Sequence record: MT161459.1
Direction: 5' to 3' (one strand)
DNA: 64,000 nt
Below, one piece after another: positions 53,283 through 62,085 of this stretch. Under the pieces are notes generated by a model that searched no databases, was not told the DNA's origin, and worked only from the letters and a program-made list of their open reading frames with translations. A program made the translations under genes and the position numbers. Each line of letters opens with the position of its first letter. Position 1 is the stretch's first letter.

Positions 53283-53640
53283 ATTAGCAGTAGCTCGTGG
53301 ACTGTCTGACGAAGACATCAAAGCGATCGAGGAGCGACATAAGTTCCGAGATGTTACCGAAACCGCTTTGGAGATGATCGCCCTTGGTCAAGGCCGAGGT
53401 GTCCCAGACGATCGCTGGATTCTCCTCAAAGCGTGGAGAGCGAATGAGAGCGAACTACAAAAGCTGTGGGGGTTCCAGCCCAATCCGCACTATCATAAAG
53501 AGTTCCGAATTGCTGGGTGCACTTGCCCCAAAGAAGACAACGAGCAGTTTGTTGGCACCGAATACAGGTACGTCAGCAAGGTCTGCCCCTTCCACGGAAT
53601 CGAAGCCAAAGCAGAAGTTGATACTAAGGATATCAAATGA
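53269..53640 (+). CDS. hypothetical protein with CTCP..DN...CP.HG zinc motif
   Basis: AGGAG RBS. Confidence 0.65.
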   Translation: MVNVELAVARGLSDEDIKAIEERHKFRDVTETALEMIALGQGRGVPDDRWILLKAWRANESELQKLWGFQPNPHYHKEFRIAGCTCPKEDNEQFVGTEYRYVSKVCPFHGIEAKAEVDTKDIK

Positions 53641-53870
53641 ACGTGAAACTGATCCCACTGTACGAAGACGAGATTCGATACATTGAAGAGCGTCGAATCG
53701 CGTTTGTGCCTGTCATCAAGACCTTCACTGTTGGCGGTCTGACAATGGATAAATTGACTGTGGTTGATGGTCACGTTATGCCCGAGATCGATATCATCCC
53801 AGTAGAGCACATCGTTCGGATCCCAGTAGTGGTTCGAGTTCTCCAAGGTTACATTGTCAAAAGAATTTAA
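53637..53870 (+). CDS. hypothetical protein
   Basis: ATGA overlap, followed by terminator. Confidence 0.6.
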   Translation: MNVKLIPLYEDEIRYIEERRIAFVPVIKTFTVGGLTMDKLTVVDGHVMPEIDIIPVEHIVRIPVVVRVLQGYIVKRI

Positions 53871-53953
53871 CCCACTTCGGTGGGTTTTCTCGTTGCCCAT
53901 TTCTTCAATTCAAGTAAGATACCCATATCGAAACAACAACTGAGGAAAGCACA

Positions 53954-54157
53954 ATGTCCAACCAAATCGTAAACGTTACCGTAATCGCTCAAGCTGCTCT
54001 GAACAATCTGAACGTCGAAACGTGTGACATCTTCGAGGTTGAAGCTGCTTGTCAAACTGCTTGTGCTGCCGCCGGTTACGATAACGTCGAATATGTTGCT
54101 GATCTGGTGTTAGAATTGATCGACGCGAAGTGCGAAGAGCTTGGGATCGAGGGCTAA
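53954..54157 (+). CDS. small acidic protein
   Basis: GAGGA RBS after early promoter. Confidence 0.65.
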   Translation: MSNQIVNVTVIAQAALNNLNVETCDIFEVEAACQTACAAAGYDNVEYVADLVLELIDAKCEELGIEG

Positions 54158-54160
54158 GAC

Positions 54161-54325
54161 ATGACAGACGTTCAAAAAGCTCTGCAGAGTATCAGCGAAG
54201 GGTTGTCAGCTCTGAAAGGAGAGAAGGTCGAGGTCACATGCGATCGAACCAGAGAAGGCGTTGTGTTGAAGTTTGGTCAGCGACCGCAGTGTAACATCTG
54301 GCTCAAGATGAAAGACAAGAAATGA
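54161..54325 (+). CDS. hypothetical protein (54 aa)
   Basis: Read manually; ends at terminator 54331. Confidence 0.5.
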   Translation: MTDVQKALQSISEGLSALKGEKVEVTCDRTREGVVLKFGQRPQCNIWLKMKDKK

Positions 54326-54480
54326 AACCAAACCTCCTTCGGGAGGTTTTTTGTTTCCAGAACAATCCAAAAATAATCAAAAAACTTTTGTCAAAGTGGT
54401 TGTCCCAAACTCCAGTCCATCAGATACTATCTTCATTGGGACGAAACAAGTCCAACCAACCAAACACTGAGGAATGAATC

Positions 54481-54837
54481 ATGAACACCACCAAAATCCA
54501 AGTAGTTGCTACCTTCCTGAAAGCTAACGTAAACGGTACCGTTGTTAAGAGCCAGTTCGCTGCCGAGCACAACATCAGTACTCGTACTCTGGGTCGTTGG
54601 ATCGAAGCGTTCTCCGATGCTGCCAACGATCTGATCGAGGCTGAATCCAAACAGGCTGACGATAACGTAGCTCCTACCACCAAACGTGGTGCTGCTCAAG
54701 CGGTTTATACCTCTAACCCAGGCATGAAGCGTAAGGATCTGATTGCTCTGATGATGTCCGAAGCTGGTTTGACTGCTGCTGGTGCAAGCACCTATATCTC
54801 CAACTTCAAAACTGGTAAATGGGATCTGGCTGCGTAA
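54481..54837 (+). CDS. putative DNA-binding protein, paralogue of 34767-35210
   Basis: FAAEHNISTRTLGRW; RKDLIALM...GLTAAGASTYISNFKTGKW. Confidence 0.75.
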   Translation: MNTTKIQVVATFLKANVNGTVVKSQFAAEHNISTRTLGRWIEAFSDAANDLIEAESKQADDNVAPTTKRGAAQAVYTSNPGMKRKDLIALMMSEAGLTAAGASTYISNFKTGKWDLAA

Positions 54838-54972
54838 GCGTATAGAAACGCGTATAAACGATCGTACATCGAGCTGGTGGGATCTATCGGATAGCGATGT
54901 ACGATTCATTATAGCGAGTTCTAGGCTGATAGAATCGCGTTAGAAATAGGTTGACATCCGAAGGATGTTCCT

Positions 54973-55062
54973 GGAGCGAAGCGACAGGGGACTTATAGAG
55001 TCTCTTTAAAGGGTATAAGGAGATTCTATTTCTCCCCCTCCTACGGAGTGTCGCTACGCTCC
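54973..55062. repeat. structured repeat copy 2
   Basis: GGAGCGAAGCGACA/TGTCGCTACGCTCC outer stem around the 53-bp core. Confidence 0.85.
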
Positions 55063-55081
55063 ACCACTTAACGGAGAGCTT

Positions 55082-55255
55082 ATGAAATACTACTGCTATC
55101 CACTTCGTCATCTAAAGCTGGTTCCAGTGTTGCCTATCAACACTAACTGTATGAAGATCATGTCTCATAATGCTTCGATCTGCACTCCGTGTTGGTTTGC
55201 GTTCAAGGCTCGTATCAAACGGCTGAAAGCCGAACTGCTATCAAACAGAGGTTAA
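55082..55255 (+). CDS. hypothetical protein (57 aa)
   Basis: GGAGAG RBS; read manually. Confidence 0.5.
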   Translation: MKYYCYPLRHLKLVPVLPINTNCMKIMSHNASICTPCWFAFKARIKRLKAELLSNRG

Positions 55256-55256
55256 C

Positions 55257-55811
55257 ATGTTCTATCGCAAGTCAGACGTCCTCGAGATTCCGATCGGCGG
55301 ACACATTCACGTCAATAACACCAGAGGAGTGCTGACCAAGATCGACGGCACTCTGATCCAAGTCACCTTCCACGGTATCGCTTATTCGGAGTTCGTCTGG
55401 GTCGAGAATGCACGTTGGTATAATACCAAGGAGAAATCTCCTCGCGCTCGGTTGACCGATCTGGACGAGCACTTCCTCGATGAAGGCAAGCTGTACTACC
55501 ACGATGTCGAAGCTTTGACTGTTGGCAAGACTGTGAGCCTCTTCCTGGATGGAGATAAGCCTACCAACGTTCGCATCATGAACGAGACGTGCATTGATCT
55601 TATCTGGGATTTCAATGGCAACGACGTTGAAGAGATTCGTCTCGGGAACACACTAGCTTGGCCATGTCTGATCATGATCGATGATAAGGGTCAGGCGTAC
55701 TACGCGATCTACAACACAGATGGCGACTATGAAGCGGTTGACTTATACACCAACGTCAATGGCACGTTTACCCAACTGGATACCAAGCTAAGCTGGAGCT
55801 TCGAAGACTAA
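55257..55811 (+). CDS. paralogue family A member
   Basis: MFYRKSDV start; GAGG RBS. Confidence 0.7.
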   Translation: MFYRKSDVLEIPIGGHIHVNNTRGVLTKIDGTLIQVTFHGIAYSEFVWVENARWYNTKEKSPRARLTDLDEHFLDEGKLYYHDVEALTVGKTVSLFLDGDKPTNVRIMNETCIDLIWDFNGNDVEEIRLGNTLAWPCLIMIDDKGQAYYAIYNTDGDYEAVDLYTNVNGTFTQLDTKLSWSFED

Positions 55812-56365
55812 TGTTCCGATACATGAGCCAGAGTTTCACCAACCGCGTTGGCGATAAAATCAACATCCTTGACCGCTTTCCTGATGCGGAAGTGTGGGAA
55901 ATCCTCGTGGACGAAAAGATTGTTATCTTGAAGCACGAGGGCACCAAAATTCAGTTGACATTCAACTGTTCGTCGTGTGTAGAGTTCAACTACGAGGTGT
56001 GCGGTCACAACCATCATGGATACTGCCATCAGTACCGATACAAGTGGGTGGATGACCTAGGTCTCGTGGACTCTGGTCCCCTCAATGTAGTTCGTGTTGG
56101 TGATGTTCTCCAAGTGCACTTTGATGGGAAGTACTATGACGTCAAGGTCAAAGCGTTTGGCCGAGTCGTGTGTGCAGGTCGTTGGGAGTTCGATGAGCTC
56201 AGCAGTGATGATCAAGCTATGCTCTTGGAAGATGGGGACATCATTTTCGATAGCGGGCTGACACATCGATTCTCACTGATCCGCAATGGCAGCGACATCG
56301 GCAGCGTTGTCATCAACAACGTAGCTGGATACAAGAACCGAACCGACAATCGCGGCAACTTCTGA
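55811..56365 (+). CDS. hypothetical protein, possible family A member
   Basis: TAATG overlap; VRVGDVL motif. Confidence 0.65.
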   Translation: MFRYMSQSFTNRVGDKINILDRFPDAEVWEILVDEKIVILKHEGTKIQLTFNCSSCVEFNYEVCGHNHHGYCHQYRYKWVDDLGLVDSGPLNVVRVGDVLQVHFDGKYYDVKVKAFGRVVCAGRWEFDELSSDDQAMLLEDGDIIFDSGLTHRFSLIRNGSDIGSVVINNVAGYKNRTDNRGNF

Positions 56366-56369
56366 TAAC

Positions 56370-56404
56370 CTAAATAAGGTCTCGCACAACAACGAGACCT
56401 TATT
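56370..56404 (+). promoter_or_regulatory. late promoter inside an RBS-sequestering hairpin
   Basis: CTAAATA overlapping AATAAGGTCTCG/CGAGACCTTATT, 2 nt before ATG. Confidence 0.7.
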
Positions 56405-56406
56405 CT

Positions 56407-56895
56407 ATGCTGCTCACACCAAAAACCTACAAAGCTGAAAAAGAACGCCTCTACGCATCCCAACAAGGGATCTGCCCCATCTGCCACCGAGAGCTTGATC
56501 TCGATATCCAAAAGAACCATCTAGACCACGATCACGAATTGGTTGGTCCGAATGCTGGCAAGATCCGAGGTCTGCTCTGCAACCTTTGCAATGGATCCGA
56601 AGGACGCACTAGACACGAGTTTATGCGATCTGGATTGGCAGGACGTGGGATCGAGTACATCGCGTACTTGGAATCGCTTGTAGCGTATTTGAAGCAAGAT
56701 ACAACCGCTAATAACCTACATCCAAACTTGGTATCAGATCTAAAGAAACGGTTTTCCCGAATGGACAAAACTGGTATGATGGGAGAGCTCGACTCCTATG
56801 GATTTGTGTACTCCGAAGACAATACCAAGGCTGAGATGTGCAAGATCTTCAACAAAGAGCTTCCAAAGCATCTGAAATCCAAACACAACAGTTGA
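56407..56895 (+). CDS. 49: recombination endonuclease VII (T4 gp49-like)
   Basis: Q.G.CPIC, HLDHDH, G.IRGLLC..CN..EG, LHP. Confidence 0.93.
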   Translation: MLLTPKTYKAEKERLYASQQGICPICHRELDLDIQKNHLDHDHELVGPNAGKIRGLLCNLCNGSEGRTRHEFMRSGLAGRGIEYIAYLESLVAYLKQDTTANNLHPNLVSDLKKRFSRMDKTGMMGELDSYGFVYSEDNTKAEMCKIFNKELPKHLKSKHNS

Positions 56896-56947
56896 TCGTC
56901 TATTACTCCTCTGTATAATGAGGCACATCAACAAAGAGGAATACACC

Positions 56948-57385
56948 ATGACTATCCAAATCGATCGACTGTTTCTCAACCCAAACGTCCCAGATGACGT
57001 CAGATTCTACGCCGCGAACAAAGCGCGTATTGATATTACGTACGCTAAACTCAACGCCATCCTGGAAGGTGAGATCGGCCGGAGCGAGTGTCGTCGTGGA
57101 CTGTGTCGACTAGTTGGTCCAGATGTTGGTGGCATGGATATGGCTGACAATCGATTCCTTCGCGGATACAAGTATTGGAGTGGATACCGCGGATATATGA
57201 TCGTTGTCGATAGAGGTGCGTGTGACGATAAACTTATTGAGTCGATTAAACAGTTTGAAGAAGAACGCGATGACTATAACCACGACGATAAGTTTTGGGA
57301 AGCGCGAATTGAGCTTGCTCGTCATTGGATGCGGCGTATCCTGACACTCCACGCTGCGTACAAAATCGCAATTCGAACTTTGTAA
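56948..57385 (+). CDS. paralogue family C member
   Basis: GLC..., YKYWSG, FWEAR.ELARHW. Confidence 0.7.
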   Translation: MTIQIDRLFLNPNVPDDVRFYAANKARIDITYAKLNAILEGEIGRSECRRGLCRLVGPDVGGMDMADNRFLRGYKYWSGYRGYMIVVDRGACDDKLIESIKQFEEERDDYNHDDKFWEARIELARHWMRRILTLHAAYKIAIRTL

Positions 57386-57399
57386 TGATGGGAGTCATC

Positions 57400-57825
57400 G
57401 TGAACATTTTCAACAAAATCCGATATGCCATCGATCGACGTAAATTCTTAATATCGGTCAAGATGGATTCCAGCAAAGCTAGTGCAATTGAGCATCTTCA
57501 AAAAGATCGAGCTGCCGTTGACCGCGATCTGAAAATTCTGGATGATGTAATTTCTGGAGAGATTAGCCGATACGCAATTCGATCTGGTTTGTGTTCGGTA
57601 CTGGAGATCGTAGGCCTACTGTATGTCAAGATCTATACCAATGTTGGATACAAGCACTTCTCTGGAAGCAACGTGTACCCCATCGATGGATCTATAATCT
57701 GGTTCTACCGAGAATCCAACTGCGCGAATTTGTCCACTGAGTTCTATGAACGTCGTGTGGAACTAGCTCGCCATTGGGCCATTCAAGTTCGGAAACTTCT
57801 GTCCGATATGGACAAATACCTGTAA
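57400..57825 (+). CDS. paralogue family C member
   Basis: GLC, YKHFSG, FYERR.ELARHW; GTG after GGAG. Confidence 0.65.
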   Translation: MNIFNKIRYAIDRRKFLISVKMDSSKASAIEHLQKDRAAVDRDLKILDDVISGEISRYAIRSGLCSVLEIVGLLYVKIYTNVGYKHFSGSNVYPIDGSIIWFYRESNCANLSTEFYERRVELARHWAIQVRKLLSDMDKYL

Positions 57826-57837
57826 GAGGATTTTGTT

Positions 57838-58218
57838 ATGGATTTTCAAACCCACGTAAGTCGCTGCCAAAGTGATAGCAGTTCGTACATCAAGGTCCGA
57901 GAGATCCTGAACAAGGTCGTGACTGGAGAAACTTCCCGCGATTATTGTAAGCAAGGTCTGTGCGATCTGATTTGTGATTATGAGCTGAATCTGTTCATGG
58001 ATGACGTCATGGAGGGATATAAATATTGGTCCGAGTTCAATGGATACATCATACTCGTTGGTCCAAAGAATTGGGATGTGTCCGTTAATCGTTCAAAAGC
58101 GATTGCTCAATTCAGCCAAGAAGCCATCTACGGCAACGATGAATATTGGGAAGCTCGACTCGAGCTCGCCCGACACTGGATCCGCTTCCTCGACAAAGTA
58201 ATCGAGGCAGCCAAGTAA
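57838..58218 (+). CDS. paralogue family C member
   Basis: GLC, YKYWS, YWEAR.ELARHW. Confidence 0.7.
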   Translation: MDFQTHVSRCQSDSSSYIKVREILNKVVTGETSRDYCKQGLCDLICDYELNLFMDDVMEGYKYWSEFNGYIILVGPKNWDVSVNRSKAIAQFSQEAIYGNDEYWEARLELARHWIRFLDKVIEAAK

Positions 58219-58336
58219 ATAGAGACCTCCTTCGGGAGGTCTTCTTTTCTGCTAAAGATGTAGATAGTTTACATTTCAGGTATCGTCTGTATAATCAAAC
58301 CTAACCCCACACCACTAACCAAGAGGGTTTCAACCT

Positions 58337-60568
58337 TTGCAAACAGTTCTAAAGTCCTCCGGCATTACGGAACCGTATAACGTCAACAAGATCTTCAAAG
58401 TCGTACAGAATGCGTGTATTGGCACTGACGTCGATCCGTACGACATTATCAATAGTCTGCCCAACATCCTGAACGATGGAATGTCAACAGCTGACATCCA
58501 ACAAGCTGTCACGAAGATGTGCGCGGATCGAATCTCCCCCGATACTCCTGACTACCAGTACGTAGCAGCTCGTCTCGCGATGTATGGGTTGCGCAAGAGC
58601 GTATACAGTCAGTTTGATCCGCCGTCTTTGTACAACCACACGCGACCGCTGGTTGAGCGTGGGATCTACGATCCGGAACTGCTAACTAAGTGGACTGCTA
58701 ATGACTTCGATCGCATCAATCGTCACATTATCCACGATCGTGACATGAATATCTCGTACGCTGGTGTGATGCAGTGGATTGAGAAGTATTTGGTCAAAGA
58801 TCGATCTACTGGGACAATCTACGAGACTCCGCAGTTTGCTTACATGTTGATCGCGATGTGCCTGCACCAAGACGAAAAGCACGATCGGATTGCTCATGTA
58901 TTGAACTACTACGACGCGATCAGCTCTGGCAAGTTAAGCCTGCCTACTCCAATTCTGTCCGGTGCACGTACTCCAACGCGTCAATTCAGTTCGTGTGTGA
59001 AAATCGAATCCGGCGATAGTTTGGAATCTATCAATGCGACTGCAGCATCTATAATTGGATACATTAGTCAGCGTGCCGGCATTGGTCTGAATGGTGGAGC
59101 GATTCGAGCAGAGGGATCCAAGATCCGATCTGGCGAAGTCAAACACACTGGCGTCATTCCGTTCTGGAAACACTTCCAGACTGCGGTAAAAAGTTGCAGC
59201 CAAGGCGGAGTTCGCGGAGGTGCTGCCAACCTGAACTACCCGATGTGGCACCTAGAGTTCGAGAAGCTGATCGTTCTCAAGAACAACAAAGGCGTTGAAG
59301 AAAACAGGATCCGTCAGCTGGACTACACTGTGCAGATCAACCGGCTAATGTTGGAACGTCTCCGCGACGATGACTATATCACTCTGTTCAGCCCAGATGT
59401 TGATGGCGGTCAATTGTACTTGGACTACTTCGACGACCCAGAACGCTTCAAGGCTCGATACGAAGAGCTCGAGAAGAATCCGGTTGTCCGCAAGAAGCGT
59501 ATCAAAGCATCCGATCTGTTCGGTCAGCTGGGTCAGGAACGAACTGGCACTGGTCGGATCTACATTCAGTTTGTCGATAATGTCAATGCTCAGGGTCCAT
59601 ATATTGAGCCTATCCGGATGACGAACTTGTGTGTCGAGATCTGTCTGCCGACAACTCCTGTCGGTACTCCGGATGCCGAAATAAGCCTCTGTACGTTGTC
59701 TGCATACAATCTGGGTCTCATCGAAGGCTACGACGACTTCCTCAAAGTAGCTCGTGCTGCCGTTCGCGGTCTGGATAATTTGCTTGACTATCAGGACTAC
59801 CCTGTAGAAGAAGCTCTCAAGGCCAAGCTCCGCAGATCGTTGGGTATGGGAGTGACTAACTTCGCGTACTTCCTGGCTAAGAATTATGTCAAGTACTCCG
59901 ATGGCAGTGCAAACAAGCTAGTCCACAGAACGTTCGAGATGATGCAATTTGCTAACCTCGTTGCTTCTATGGAGCTCGCTAAAGAACGCGGAGCAAGTGA
60001 ATGGCATTACAAGACGCGTTGGGCACAAGGTCAACTACCGATCGATTGGTATAACAAGAACGTTGACAAGCTCGTTCCGAATGATCTACAGTGTGATTGG
60101 GAATGGCTTCGCGGTCAGATCAAAGAACACGGTCTTCGTAACGATACACTGTCCGCTCTCATGCCATGCGAGAGTAGCAGCCAATTGACGAATAGTACGA
60201 ATGGTATTGAACCTCCTCGTAGTCTAGTCAGCGTCAAGAGCTCCAAAGATGGAGTCTTCAACCAAGTCGTTCCAGAGATCTTCATGCTCGGCGATGAGTA
60301 CGAGACCGCTTGGGCAATGACCAAGCACGGAATGAAAGGTTACCTGTCGCTAGTTGCTATTATGCAGAAGTTTGTGGATCAAGGAATCTCCGCTAACACT
60401 TATTCTGATCCGTCCAACACTGGCGGTAAGATCTCAATGGAAACTGTTCTCGAGGACATCGCGTTCTGCAGTCACTACGGGATCAAGAGTTTGTACTATA
60501 GCAATGTACGAGATGGAGCTGACGGTTCCGAAGAGTCCAAGTCCGATTGCGATAGCTGCAAAGTATAA
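58337..60568 (+). CDS. nrdA: class Ia ribonucleotide reductase alpha subunit
   Basis: ATP cone, PTP...GAR...RQFSSC, SCSQGG.R.G, TNLC.EI, MPCESSS, C-terminal CDSCKV; TTG start. Confidence 0.97.
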   Translation: MQTVLKSSGITEPYNVNKIFKVVQNACIGTDVDPYDIINSLPNILNDGMSTADIQQAVTKMCADRISPDTPDYQYVAARLAMYGLRKSVYSQFDPPSLYNHTRPLVERGIYDPELLTKWTANDFDRINRHIIHDRDMNISYAGVMQWIEKYLVKDRSTGTIYETPQFAYMLIAMCLHQDEKHDRIAHVLNYYDAISSGKLSLPTPILSGARTPTRQFSSCVKIESGDSLESINATAASIIGYISQRAGIGLNGGAIRAEGSKIRSGEVKHTGVIPFWKHFQTAVKSCSQGGVRGGAANLNYPMWHLEFEKLIVLKNNKGVEENRIRQLDYTVQINRLMLERLRDDDYITLFSPDVDGGQLYLDYFDDPERFKARYEELEKNPVVRKKRIKASDLFGQLGQERTGTGRIYIQFVDNVNAQGPYIEPIRMTNLCVEICLPTTPVGTPDAEISLCTLSAYNLGLIEGYDDFLKVARAAVRGLDNLLDYQDYPVEEALKAKLRRSLGMGVTNFAYFLAKNYVKYSDGSANKLVHRTFEMMQFANLVASMELAKERGASEWHYKTRWAQGQLPIDWYNKNVDKLVPNDLQCDWEWLRGQIKEHGLRNDTLSALMPCESSSQLTNSTNGIEPPRSLVSVKSSKDGVFNQVVPEIFMLGDEYETAWAMTKHGMKGYLSLVAIMQKFVDQGISANTYSDPSNTGGKISMETVLEDIAFCSHYGIKSLYYSNVRDGADGSEESKSDCDSCKV

Positions 60569-60609
60569 CCATTCACAGAGTGGGACTTCGGTCCCACATT
60601 AGAGGTATT

Positions 60610-61707
60610 ATGTCCACAGTTTTTAACCAAGATGTAGTAGACCACATGACCCAGCCAATGTTCTTTGGCGAGGCAACCAACGTGGTTCGATTTGAAACGG
60701 TCAAGCACCAAGTGTTTGATGATCTTACTGAACGTCAGTTGTCATTCTTCTGGAGACCGCAGGAAGTGGATCTGACCAAAGATGCCATCGACTTCCAACA
60801 GCTATCTGCCCGCGAGCAACGGATCTTTACCGAGAACTTGAAGTACCAGAGTCTGTTGGACTCTATTCAGGGTCGCGGACCGAACCTCGCTCTGCTTCCA
60901 ATTGCTTCTGACGTCGCGCTGGAGACTTGGATCGAGACTTGGAGCTTCTCGGAGACTATCCATTCCAGATCATATACCCACATGATCCGCAACGTGTATC
61001 CGGATCCATCTGCTGTGTTCGATCAGATCATGCTTACTCCGCAGATCATGGATCGTGCATCGGCAGTGACCAAGTATTATGACAAGCTGCTTGACGCGAT
61101 CGTTGGTTATCAGTTTGCTCCGAGCAAGAAATCGATGACTGCTGCCAAGAAAGCTCTGTACTTGTGCATGCATGCTATCAACGCGTTGGAAGCAGTTCGA
61201 TTCTACGTCAGCTTTGCGTGCACATTCTCGTTTGGTGAGCGGAAGTTGATGGAAGGTAGTTCCAAGATCATGAAGCTGATCGCGCGCGACGAACAACTTC
61301 ATTTGAAGGGGACGCAGTACATTCTCCGTCAGTGGCAGAATGGCAAAGATGATAGCGAGATGGCTCAGATTGCTATCGAGATGAAGGAAGAAGCGGAAGC
61401 TCTGTTCGTTGAGATGGTAGGTCAAGAGAACGACTGGGTAGATCACCTTATGGTAGATGGTCCAATCCCGATGTTGAATGCATCTGGCCTGAAAAGCTAC
61501 GTGCAGTACGTGGCCAATAGCCGAATGAAATCTGTTGGTCTGGATCCGCAGTTCGAGAAGATCGCTCATCCTTATCCGTGGATGAATAAGTGGCTCAACT
61601 CTGACTCTGTTCAGGTTGCAGCACAAGAAGCAGAGCTCAGTTCATATCTGGTCGGTCAAATGGATAGTACCATTCGCCCAGAGTTTATGAAATCCCTGGA
61701 AGTATAA
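60610..61707 (+). CDS. nrdB: class Ia ribonucleotide reductase beta subunit
   Basis: FFWRPQEVDL, LLDSIQ, ETIHSRSY, RFYVSF, IARDEQLH, AAQEAE. Confidence 0.97.
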   Translation: MSTVFNQDVVDHMTQPMFFGEATNVVRFETVKHQVFDDLTERQLSFFWRPQEVDLTKDAIDFQQLSAREQRIFTENLKYQSLLDSIQGRGPNLALLPIASDVALETWIETWSFSETIHSRSYTHMIRNVYPDPSAVFDQIMLTPQIMDRASAVTKYYDKLLDAIVGYQFAPSKKSMTAAKKALYLCMHAINALEAVRFYVSFACTFSFGERKLMEGSSKIMKLIARDEQLHLKGTQYILRQWQNGKDDSEMAQIAIEMKEEAEALFVEMVGQENDWVDHLMVDGPIPMLNASGLKSYVQYVANSRMKSVGLDPQFEKIAHPYPWMNKWLNSDSVQVAAQEAELSSYLVGQMDSTIRPEFMKSLEV

Positions 61708-62028
61708 TATAAACCCACTTCGGTGGGTTTTCTTTTATCTGTTGTTGACATAGGTCGCGTCTACCGCTAAAATAACCGCATCAACAAGATCAAGCACATC
61801 GCTATCGTTGACAGGGTAACAAGGCATAATCCGCTGACATCTACTTCGACAATGTTCGTAGTATCCCACTCTCATCTCTGGAAAAAGCTGGCATCGATGT
61901 GAACTCCGGCCGTTGTTCCATCCGATATGCAACTCTGGCTCCTATCGTGGGTAAGCCGACCAAAGCTGACCAAAGCTGCTTTCTTTGTTCGGTTAAGTTT
62001 ATCAGCTCTCTAAATAGCGATACAATAC

Positions 62029-62057
62029 AACGAGTCCTAGCGACTCGTTTTCTTTTT
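62029..62057 (+). terminator. terminator-like hairpin upstream of nrdD
   Basis: AACGAGTC-CTAGC-GACTCGTT + TTCTTTTT. Confidence 0.6.
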
Positions 62058-62085
62058 CCAATCACCTACGACAACGGAAAACTCA

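Noticed and set aside
15975-58242. Repeated TTCG hairpins as CRISPR repeats or REP elements
   Set aside because: Dispersed at gene ends with U tracts and no regular spacers: they are terminators
61735-62028. Protein-like stretch and 9-bp tandem duplication (CCAAAGCTG) between nrdB and nrdD
   Set aside because: No credible start or RBS; at most a decayed remnant, not callable
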